Source of the DNA: the human T2T-CHM13v2.0 reference genome, Homo sapiens
Length of the DNA: 64,000 nucleotides
Reading direction: 5' to 3' (one strand)
Assembly (NCBI RefSeq): GCF_009914755.1
Contig: NC_060936.1
Shown: positions 18,973 through 64,000 of the stretch, piece by piece
Numbering within the stretch: position 1 is the first letter of the stretch
Layout: every line of letters begins with the position of its first letter
Program-made: the position numbers and the translations under genes
The notes under the pieces: generated by a model
Database searches by the model: none
Told to the model about the DNA's origin: nothing
What the model saw: the letters and a program-made list of their open reading frames with translations, nothing else

Positions 18973-19080
18973 CTGAGTTTCTCAGCCTTCAATTCTTTCT
19001 ATAATGGAAGAAGTTCAACTCACCCAAAGAGCAGTCCTTTCTGGTGGACAGTTAGGCTTCAAGCAGGAGACATCCTGCTC
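18973..19080 (-). other. GPR84: GPR84 non-coding exon 1
   Basis: Strong donor CAG|GTAAGC at 18973/18972; TATA-like TATAATA at 19097-19091. TSS is approximate. Confidence 0.7.
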
Positions 19081-19090
19081 TTATGTATCC

Positions 19091-19220
19091 TATTATAGTC
19101 CACTGAAAGAATAAGAAACTCCCCCGTTACCCAATCCCAGCCACTTCCTTCACCACCTCCGGTCCTACTCATTTTGCTTCGGCTAGTGAAATCTAGGCTT
19201 CTCTGTTGAAAGTCCCCCGC
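19091..19220 (-). promoter_or_regulatory. GPR84 proximal promoter (TATA-like, two kB-like sites, ETS/PU.1 site)
   Basis: Minus-strand GGGGAGTTTC (19124-19115), AAGGAAGTGG (19150-19141), GGGGACTTTC (19217-19208). Confidence 0.55.
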
Positions 19221-19781
19221 TACTTACCTCAGAGTGGTTTCACTCTTCCTTTCTCCTTCCTGAAACCCAAACTCTGTTTTCTTCCCCTCTTTGCATGGCA
19301 GAACTCATCTGTAAGATCATTGCCAAGAATTGCTAGGGCACGGAGTCAGAGCATCAGAACATTTGGGCCACTCCTCAAAGGGCCAAAAGATAAGACCAAG
19401 TTCCAGGAGCAACTTTAGGTACCCCCAGAAGCCTTGGGTTTGTTTCAGAGGAGCACTACCTTTCTTGTCTCCACGGCTTAGACATGGTTCAAGTCAGAGG
19501 GACCCATGTGACACCCTAGCACATTTGAGAAACCAAGTCAGATGAAGAAAAGTGGGGAATGAGGCATCCAGAATTCTGGTTTCATTCTCCTCAAGGGATC
19601 AGGGTCCTGTTCAATCATTCATTTATCCATTTACCCAACAACTTAGTACTGAGTGCCTACTATACACCAGACTCTGATCTAGACACTGGGGATACAAGAA
19701 CGTCTGATATATGGCCTTGTGCATAGTCTACTAGGGGAGACAGATACATAAATATACAAATGCTTAATCGATTCTCCAGAG

Positions 19782-20336
19782 CAAGGGTGAGTAAACTTCA
19801 CCCTATGGGCCAAATCTAGTCTGCTGTTTTTGTATAGCCTGTGACCCAATCATGTTTTTTTTCCATTTAAAAATGGTTATATTTTAGGCCAGGTGCAGTG
19901 GCTCACGCCCATTATCCCAACATTTTGGGAGGCCAAGGAGGGCAGATCACTTGAGGTCAGGAGTTCGAGACCAGCCTGGCCAACATGGTAAAACCCCGTC
20001 TCTACTAAAAATACAAAAATTAGCCAGGCGTGATGGGTGCGCCTGTAATCCCAGCTACTAGGGAGGCTGAGGCAAGAGAATCGCTTGAACCCGGGAGGCG
20101 GAGGTTGCTTGCAGTTAGCCAAGATCACATTGCACCACTGCACTCCAGCCTGGATGACAGAGCAAGACTCCGTCTCAGAAAATAAAATAATAAATAAATA
20201 AGTAAGTAAAATAAAAATGGTTATATTTTAAATTGTTATATAAGTGCCTATGTAATATCCTCAGTTTTATCTCTTGATTAACACAGTTTAAAATATTTAT
20301 AATCAGGCCCTTTGAGAAAAAGTTTGCTGAGGCTTG
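19782..20336 (+). mobile_element. MER58B-like hAT DNA transposon fossil interrupted by an Alu
   Basis: Ends caagggtgagtaaact...agtttgctgaggcttg (degenerate TIRs); internal gggccaaat, tgtttttgtat and aaaatattta...ggccctt...aaaaagtttg match the MER58 consensus as I recall it. Confidence 0.65.
19886..20210 (+). mobile_element. Alu
   Basis: Full dimer; TSD AAAATGGTTATATTTTA. Confidence 0.93.
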
Positions 20337-20353
20337 CTTTAAAATACTATATA

Positions 20354-20645
20354 GGCCTGGCTTGGAGGCTCATGCCTGTAATCCCAATGCTTTGGGAGGC
20401 TGAGCTGGGAGGATGACTTCAGGTCAGGAGTTTAAGACCAGCCTGGGCAACATAGTGAGACCCTGTCTTTACAATAAAAAAAAAAAAATAGCCAGCTGTG
20501 GTGATGTGCACCTGTAGTCCCAGCTACTGGGGAGGCTGAGGTGGGAGGATCATTTGAGTCTGGGAGGTCAAGACTACAGTGAGAAAGATTGTGCCACTAT
20601 ACTCCAGCCTGGGTGACACAGCAGGACGTTGTCTCTGAAAAATTA
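20354..20645 (+). mobile_element. Old Alu (AluJ-like)
   Basis: Diverged Alu dimer. Confidence 0.85.
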
Positions 20646-20661
20646 GAAAAACAAACTAACA

Positions 20662-21779
<1,118 letters not shown>

Positions 21780-22024
21780 TCAGGTAGAAGCCAACAAAGG
21801 GCATGAGGTAGAGAACAACAGAGAAGAGCTTGGAGAGTTGAGCAGGCAGGGTCAAGGGGGACCTTGTGTATCGTGCTAAGGAGCTGGTTTCATGCTGAAG
21901 GAGTTGGTGAGATTTGCACTTAGATTGCTGTGAGTAAAGAATGAAGGCGTGCAGCCTGGGAGTGAGCGAAATGGGTAAAGAGGCACTAGTTCAGACGAGA
22001 GATAGAATGGCCCTAAGTTAGGGC

Positions 22025-22189
22025 CAGACCACCTGTACAACTGCATAGGGCCTTGCAGTTTGAAGGGCCTGGTGCTTGGTTAAATGCTCGTCAATCACTG
22101 TTTTTAAATTCTTAATACTATACTTTTTGAATAAGGGGCTCTGCTTTTTCATTTTGCACTGGGTCCCACAAATTATGGAGCCAGTCCTG
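22025..22189 (+). mobile_element. MER45A-like hAT-Tip100 fossil within L2-like sequence
   Basis: ttttcattttgcactgggtcccacaaattatggagccagtcctg matches the MER45A 3' end as I recall it; 8-bp TSD GTTAGGGC at 22017-22024 and 22190-22197. Confidence 0.7.
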
Positions 22190-23719
22190 GTTAGGGCAGT
22201 GGTTGTGGGAATGGAGGAATGATAAGGATCCATAGGTTGTTAGGAGGTCAAATAGGACTTATTTAGTGATTCATTGGATGAAGAGTTAGGAAGAAGGAGG
22301 AACTAGGATAACTTTCTGTTTTCCAGACAGATGGTGGTGCTCTTAATAAGATAGGAAATGTGGGAGGAGGAGCAGGCTTAGGGAAAGGGGTAAATAATGA
22401 ATTCAGTTTTAAACTAGCAGACTTGAAGTACTTGTGGGGTCTGCTAGGATCCCAGACTCTCTAACCCCAATTTCTTCCAGTCCCTATCTCCTTCCCCACA
22501 TGTGACCCAGCCCCTGCTTTTCTCTACCCACTCTTCTATAGGGCCTCTCTTGTCCCGCATCCTTCTGAATCCTCCCACCCCTTTTAAAGCTAGATTTACC
22601 TGGAAACAAACATGCAAACAAACACCAAAACACTCCTTATTGGGTTCCAATTCTGAACCCACAGTGAACACCCTCCTTTCAGCCTCACAGTTGACAAACC
22701 CAGGAGTCCCCCATTCCCCTCTCTTTCCTGTTTAACAGACATCATCCCAACTTCCCTCCTCCTTTCTTCTGCAAGACTGGGAAGTGGGTAGAGTGGGGGA
22801 AGTGAGCAGAGATGAAAGTCGGGAGGAACTCACATAGATTCTGGGTTTTGGTTTGGGCTTTTTTGTTTGAACTTCCTGCCTCTCAGTAGGGATAGAGGGG
22901 GTCAGGATTACTGGCTGCTCTTGGGAGTGTATGGTTGAACCACATTTTGGAGATAACGGAGAAACCATTTTCCTCACATACCATGTGAGAGACAGCTGAA
23001 CAGTGTTTCCCTGTTCCACAGACCATTTAGGGGCCAGTTGAGAAGGTATTCCAGTATATCTGTAAATGGCACAGTCTCAGTTCTTCAGTCTTGGATACAT
23101 GAGATCTTAATGAACCTTTGAAAGACTCAAGTCTCCTTATTTTGAAGACTGTGACACTGAGGTCCAGAGAGGGCAAGGACTGACTCAAGGTCACTATTTA
23201 TGTGGGGCCAGAGCCTAGAGCTCAGATCCCCAGTCTCTGCCCCCCGTTTCTTCCTGTGCCTTGAGTCTCGCTGGCGTGGGTTTCCCACCAGACACACAAA
23301 AGCCTGGATTCTTTTCTTTGTCTGAGACTGAGTCTAGACCCATCTGCGTGGAATCTCGAAACACATTACAGGAGCGGCTTAGCCTCGGGCTTAGACTCCT
23401 TTTCCGGGTCGTTGGCGCCGCCTTGTGGAGTTGTGGCAAATTCTCAACAGCTGCAGCTGCAGTCCCAGACTTGGACTAGAAATGATCCCCCAGGCCAAGT
23501 TTACACGAGCTGGACGAGAGTGGGCGTGGGTGGGATGGGGAGCCTCTGCTCACTCTGCACAAGCCTCATATTTTGCCTCCCCCACCCCCGATTTCCGTTT
23601 CCCTCCTCCTTCTCGCTCCCTTTCCTCTTTCTGTGCCGGTCCCATACAGATACATTTAACGACAGAATTGCTCCCAAAACAGCGGGCAAAGACAGAGTCT
23701 GAGTCTAGGGGCGGAGGGC

Positions 23720-24832
23720 AGAACAAATTCAGACTTTATTGTCAGGGAGAGGAAAAAGGGGAGGACCGTGGGTGGGGGGCCTGGGTTGCTACATTGTCAA
23801 GCAGAAAGAGTTGATGGGAAGGGGAAGACCAGTGTAGGCCAGACCCCTCCCGGGTCGGCGGCTGAAGGGTTGACGATACGGAAACCACGGAGTCGGGGGT
23901 GGGGGAGAGGTGTCACACCCCCGCCCGAGTTGTGCAGTGGAGGTGACTGGTGGGAGGGGACAGCCATGAGGTCTAGGAACTTGGATCGGGGAGGCTACAG
24001 ACTCGGCGAATCCTGCGAAGGGGAAGGGCGGGGGCGAGGCTTCTATTGCTTTTTGCTCACAGTTTTGCGGAAGGCGAGGCGGGGGTGGGCTTGGACTGGA
24101 CACCCCTTGCCCCCCTCGGTACCCCTTGGGCGATGGGTGCTGGTGAAAAGAATGGAACCCGGACTAGGGAGGAAGAAGGCGAGGGAAAGGTCTATGGTGG
24201 CATCTCCTTGGTCCCACCCAAGTGCCGGAGATGCCCCCAAGTGCTGCCCCCTGCAATGGGCCCGGCTAGACCTGGGGCTAGGGCATGGTGCGGGGCGGGC
24301 ACAGTGAGGTTGCAGGCGGTAAAACCAAAGTGCTTATGAGGGACCCAGGATCCCGCCTGCTCCCCTCCCCCTACGGAGGACGGGGGTGTTCACGGAAGCG
24401 CTTCAGTTTGGGGTAGGGAGCCGGAGTCCCAGAGTCCGCTTATTGCCAAGAAAATCCATTTCTGTCCCCCCCGGACCCCGACCATGGCTTGTGAACCCCG
24501 TTTTGTGCTAGGTTTGGGGGGAAGGGCTGGATGGACATGGCTTTTGGGAGGGGGGGTGTCTCCAAGGGGGCTCGGGGGTGAGACGGCCCCCCCTTTTCTA
24601 GGGGAGAGGGAAAGGCAGGGGGCGGGGTTCCCTGAGATCTGGGGTGTTCCCCCCCTTCTGAAGCCCCCCTCCCCCGCTACCCCTCCCCTTTCCTGGAACC
24701 CCGTATCTCGGGGTGGGGGGGGGGAAGGAGAGATCATTTAGGGAGTGCCGGGAGGAGGGGCGGGCTGGGAGCCCGGACGCCTGGGTCCCGGCTGGAGGTG
24801 GGGAGTTGAATGGGAGGGGTTCAGGGTTGAGG
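23720..24832 (-). other. ZNF385A: ZNF385A 3'UTR (GC-rich)
   Basis: Between the stop (24835-24833) and the AATAAA at 23740-23735. Confidence 0.75.
23735..23740 (-). terminator. ZNF385A polyadenylation signal AATAAA
   Basis: tttatt on the + strand, about 1.1 kb after the stop. Confidence 0.75.
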
Positions 24833-45829
<20,997 letters not shown>

Positions 45830-46768
45830 GCTGGGGACCCAGGCGCCCGGGGTTCCGCGTCGCTCTGTCCCGGGGGCCGTTCTGGCCGGGCTGGGGGTAC
45901 GGGGGGAGGAGCCGGGGAGGAGCAGAGGCCGGCCGAGGCGGAGCGGGGGCGGGGCCCTCAGCAGGTGAAGACGGGAGGAGGGGACCCGGGCACTCAGGGC
46001 TCCGCGAGGGGGCGTCCTGGCCCCTCCCGCTTCCTCCCGCCCTTCTTCTTGCTGCCTGCTGGCCTCCTGGGTTTACGGTGTCACTGCGGCCAGGGCTGGG
46101 GGAACAGGACGTCTAGAAGACGGTGTGAGGTGATGGACGAAGCTGGAAACTAGGATGCCTGGGTTCCCGGGAAGGGCTGAGTCTGAGGGCGGGAAGTCTG
46201 GTGCTGGGCTGATATGGGGTGGGCAGGGGAGTGGGGGGGGGAGGGGGGCGGGGGTGCCTAAGTACTCTGGGAGGCGATGGGCCTTGGGTTGGGTAGGATA
46301 CCTAGGTTCCCTCCAGAGTAATGGACTGAGCAGGGGGCAGGGGAAGTGCAGCAGAAATTGTATGGGTCCTAGTTTGTTGTTCTGGCTTTGGAGCAGGATG
46401 CCTGGGGGCTGGGCCTCTGAGGTGAAATGGGATGTTGAAGATGGATCCCAGGTTGAGTTCTGGCTGGGGTCTGAATGCCTGGGTCCTTAGGGAAGGTCTC
46501 AGCGAGGAGATTGCAATCAATGGACCTGAGGAGATGGAAATAGAAGCTTGTAACCGAGATCATTAGGGCAACTGGAAGATGACAGAAAATTCAGAACTGA
46601 GGCACCTTGTAGAGATGACCTGGATTAGGGTGGGGTGGCATCAGGGAGCATCTATCCAGGGCTAAATCAGCGGCATTCCCCACTAAGGCGAGCTTCGGTC
46701 GAGGAGGACTGGTGGGGGGGCATTTCGTGAGGTGGAGGGGAAGATGGAGGGTAGGACAAAATGTATGA

Positions 46769-47132
<364 letters not shown>

Positions 47133-49004
47133 CACTCAGAGGTATTCTTAAGGGACCCCAGTACAAGGTAGGAGTCTTGGAGAATGCAGATGTCTGGGGG
47201 AGATGGAGGCTGGATCTGTCTGTACTTGTCTCAAGAGGGAGGGTGGCAGCCAGATTTCCCAGAATGCCACACAGCCAGCTTCAGGCCAACCCCAATCAGA
47301 GGAAAAGTGGGTGGGAACTGGAACGTTTGAGGTTTAGGGAGGTAGAAGCTGAGGGGAAGAAGTTGGTGAAAGGGTGGTGGGACTGAAGTTTCGGAATGGT
47401 TTAGGAAGGGGAAAGAGACTGACATTCCTGGGTTCTGGAGGGAAATTGGGACTGGATGGTCAATTAAGGTGCAGGAAGTTTGAGTTTCTGTTTCTGGGTC
47501 CCAGCAATCTCTTGCCCTCACGCCAGTAATCTGGTTTGAAGAAAAGACCTGTTTCTGTACCTGCCAAGACACTCCAGCTCAAGGGAGAGAATGCTGGGAG
47601 TGCCAATGCCTTAGTCTCATTCTGATTCAGTGGGGCAGAGATCTCAGGGGATTGGCCTTGGGAGAGGATATGGGGTTTCTGGGTCCATCAGAGGAGGTCC
47701 TCCTGCTCTGGGTCTGACCTACCACCATGCTGGTCAACTCCAGTATGAAAAACCCTTGCTTCTCCTTAGACCCTGCACCTCCTTTCCTCTTCCCATTCTT
47801 TCTCCTCCTGGGTGGACTCAGAGACTAAACAAGAGCCATCATCAGGCATGGTCGATTGGTTTTAGAGACCCCTTTGCGCTCAGCTGTTGTCCACCCTGCC
47901 ACACTGCCCCAGGGACTCTGGGTTAGGAAGATCTCAGAAGAGGGGTTGCTTAAGCTTACCAAGGGGAAGCAGCTGGCTAGAGGACGGGGTGACCTTGCAG
48001 GCAGCTGGGGTGGGGGGAAGGTGTGTGGGGTGAATTCATTATTGATGAGCCCTGCACCCCGGGCTACTAATGAGCCCAGGCCGGCTGCTCTAATTGATGT
48101 CAAGAAACTTGAGACCCCCAGATCAGCTTCCCGCCTGCCAGCTGCCTCTCCTGAGCCCCCTCCCCCTCCCTGCACCCCCAGCTGCTCTGTTCACTTCCTA
48201 AGGCCTCCTTTCCTTCTCCTTTTCATCTCCACCAACACAGACAAGGATAGGGCTCAGGCCTTCTAACCCCCCTACACTTAAATTCGTCTGGATTATTCAA
48301 GTCTCAAGGTGGGAGCCACACTTCCTTCGGAGGGTTGGGAGATTTGGGAGAAGAAACTTAGACCAGGAGTCTGAGAATTAGAGCTCAGGGAAAGAGAGGC
48401 TCATACTAGATTACATCTGTGGCATTTCTGAGCTCAAGGAATTTCTTCCTTATATTGTGCATCCACGGGTAAGAACTTGTCACTCTCTCAAAAGTACAGG
48501 CCCTACACAGTGACACACCCATGACACCAGCCCAATTTTCACAGCCCACTTCCCTTCCTTATTTCCTCCTCACAACAGTGGAAGACATTTTAGGTCTGGC
48601 CCCTGGAGTTTGGCTGCTTCTACCCCCACCTCTCTCCCAAGAAGGGGACTCCTCTTAATGTATCAGGTATGGGATTTCCTCCCTCTAGAATTTCTGGTGC
48701 CTTGTTATGCCACGGCTGCCATTCTTAGAAATGCTAGGGGGTTCTTTGTCTCATCCTGTCTCTTCTACCCCATCAGCCCCTTTTCATTTGTGGGTTCTGT
48801 GAAGACATTCCTGACTCAGAGCATTCTAAGAAGTCACAGACTGGAGTGTGGTCCAGGGTTGGTCTCCCAGGAGGGATATTTTTAGGTGATGCAGGCCCTG
48901 CTAGGCAGAAGCCTGAGTTAATGAGAATAGTCCTGGTGATGGGGGAAGAGGGTGAGGTGGACCTCATACCCTACCTTCCCAAATTTCCCATAAATTTGTG
49001 GCTA

Positions 49005-49022
49005 TGCTGCCCTCTGGTGGCT
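49005..49022 (-). promoter_or_regulatory. CTCF motif between ZNF385A and ITGA5
   Basis: Minus strand AGCCACCAGAGGGCAGCA, a near-consensus core. Confidence 0.65.
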
Positions 49023-49169
49023 GAATTTTAGTCTATCCTGACAGGGACATCTTTGTCTCCAACAACCGCAATTGCTCTCCCTCTTGCTGCCCGTTAGGAC
49101 AGGCCTTGAGGAGAAAAGAGAACCCTGAGGGTCCCTCACTTTGCGAGATTTATCTTCAAAGATCTGAAC

Positions 49170-49390
49170 CCTGTGGCATGTTGGTTAAGAATTCGGGCTT
49201 TCCCAGCCAGATAAGGCTGAGTTTCACTCTGTTCTGCCACTCACTGTGTGACTTTGCACAAGTTATGTAACCTCTCTGGGCCTCAGTTTCTCTTTGTGTA
49301 AATGGGATAAATAGTACCAACCTCACAGAACTCTGTGAGAAATTAAATGTGATAATGTATGCAAACTAACACCCCCTACCAGCACACAGT
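49170..49390 (+). mobile_element. MIR
   Basis: tgtgactttgcacaagttatgtaacctctctgggcctcagtttc is a MIR core. Confidence 0.8.
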
Positions 49391-49879
49391 AGCAATGAAA
49401 ACAAAGCAATACAAAAACCTAACTGGGCTTTCTTCTAATTTAGTTCCGTGGCTTTTTCCTCTCAACTCATTTCATTATTCTGATTTAGGGAAGCCTGGTA
49501 AATTTTCTGAACCATCCTCCCCCACCTCCACCTTGGACCTCCCCCTTTGCATTCTGCTCTAATCCTCAAACCCAAAGAGAAGAGGTTCCTTTCCCTTCTC
49601 CCTTGGGAGTGTTGGGGACCAGGTCTGATGGGGGATGAGGGAGGGGCAGAGGAGTCAAGCCCTGCTTTCTCTCCTTCCATCACCTCTTTCACCTAAGAAG
49701 GGAGCCTAGAACTAGTTTCACAGTTTCTGGGGGGTCATACTTCTGGCTCCTAGTGGAAAGAAGCCATGAGAGAAATAGGCATCTGCTTTCCACCAAGTCG
49801 CTTGGTTCCAGGATGGGTTTGGAAAGAGTAACATGAGATCACAGATTCTAGTTCTGGTCAGTGGGGGCACTGGGTCAGA

Positions 49880-49885
49880 TTTATT
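49880..49885 (-). terminator. ITGA5 polyadenylation signal AATAAA
   Basis: tttatt on the + strand, about 1 kb after the ITGA5 stop. Confidence 0.8.
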
Positions 49886-50012
49886 GCACTTGCAACAGAG
49901 TTTAAATAAGTCCTGGGTGTCTGGTGCCAAGGTGAGGGAAGGGTTGGGCAGAGAGATGAGGGGCAGCATCAGTGCAGCTGGCAGGCAGAACCCAAATTCT
50001 GCAGGCCCAGGA

Positions 50013-50240
50013 CAGTGGGCTCCCCTTTCTCTGGGGAACAGGGAGGGCCTGTGTCTGGCCAGGCTGAGGTTCCAGATCTGTTGCCATCATGGCCCCTTCA
50101 GGGTCCTGGGAAATTCCTGGCTTCTCCTAAATCAGGGTGAACTGGGCCTCCAGGATCAGGTCTGGAGCAGGCCCAAATATAGTCCTGGATCTGCCTGGAT
50201 TAGGTGCCAATGTCTGAGTCTGGGTTCCAGATCAACTCCA
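50013..50240 (+). repeat. 228-bp direct repeat, copy 1 (in ITGA5 3'UTR)
   Basis: Identical to 52163-52390 except C50147 vs T52297. Confidence 0.95.
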
Positions 50241-50877
50241 GACCCCAGGCTGGATCTGGCCCCATTTGAGTTCTGATTCCCCTTGGAGCTGGGCTCTGGG
50301 CCCTGGGCCAGCATCTATCCTTGTGTGGCATCTGTCCTGAGCTGGTCCTGGGGCACCATGCATAGTTAGTGTTCTTTGTTGGCCCACCAGGGTGGGGCTG
50401 TCCAGAGCTGCCAGGTCTTAACTCCCCAAGTTCCAGGTTCTTAGCTGGGGGCTTCTTTTGGATCTCTGGCAAGGCTGAGGACAGATCTTTGCAGGTTGGA
50501 GCTGGACAGGAAGTCCTTGTGGCATGTCTGGCCCAAAGAACTGTGAATGGATTTCCTAGTTATCTTTCCAAGTTGTTTCAGGAAACTCTCCAAAATGCAA
50601 AGGCTTCAGGGAGGCTGGGGCCTCTGTCCCTGGATCTGAGTTCCCCCATCCATGAAGAGGGTATGTGTAAACAAGGGTCCTTCACAGTGCATGGGGGGGA
50701 GGGATCCCCAGCTCCTCACCCCCCTGGCTCTGGCCCTTCAAGTATGTCTCTGGGCTGGGGAGAGGAGCTTCTCCCTGGCCGTCAGCACCTTCAAGAAGTA
50801 CCCAGACCCCTCCTTTTCAGTAGAATGAGGGTGGGGGGACTGGTTCTTCAGGAATGGGAGTCTGAAATTGGGAGGAC

Positions 50878-63937
<13,060 letters not shown>

Positions 63938-64000
63938 CTGGGAGGGCCCAGGAGGAGGGGCCTTCAGATTCAGTCCAATAAGGCCCTTCCTCCCTCCCTC

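Larger units (their letters stand above)
49860..50877 (-). other. ITGA5: ITGA5 3'UTR
   Basis: Between the TGA (50880-50878) and the AATAAA. Confidence 0.8.

Noticed and set aside
16829-19439. Short similarity taggtacccc..gaa.cctt.ggt on both sides of GPR84 (~16829 and ~19416)
   Set aside because: Only ~24 bp with mismatches and a gap; compatible with chance and not a TSD.

Overview
Mammalian (human, judged from primate Alus and proteins matching the human sequences as I recall them) gene-dense genomic DNA, consistent with chr12q13. In order it contains: the last 5 coding exons and 3'UTR of COPZ1 (+); an intergenic stretch with an orphan CpG-rich promoter; GPR84 (-, intronless 396-aa CDS); the complete ZNF385A gene (-, 8 coding exons, 386 aa); and the last 27 exons (4-30) of ITGA5 (-). 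All exon boundaries were traced by hand to GT/AG dinucleotides with consistent phase. About 25 Alus are present, plus MIR/L2, MER58B, MER45A and microsatellites. I found no new protein-coding system. The best unexplained signals are: (1) a 228-bp near-identical copy of the ITGA5 3'UTR inside intron 28, bracketing the transmembrane and cytoplasmic exons; (2) a ~41-bp periodic HOX-PBX/TALE/NF-Y motif array at an orphan promoter near 13.8 kb; (3) in-frame alternative 5' exons of ZNF385A; (4) an Alu-Alu-mediated tandem duplication; (5) a diverged 110-bp duplication just past the GPR84 3' end.
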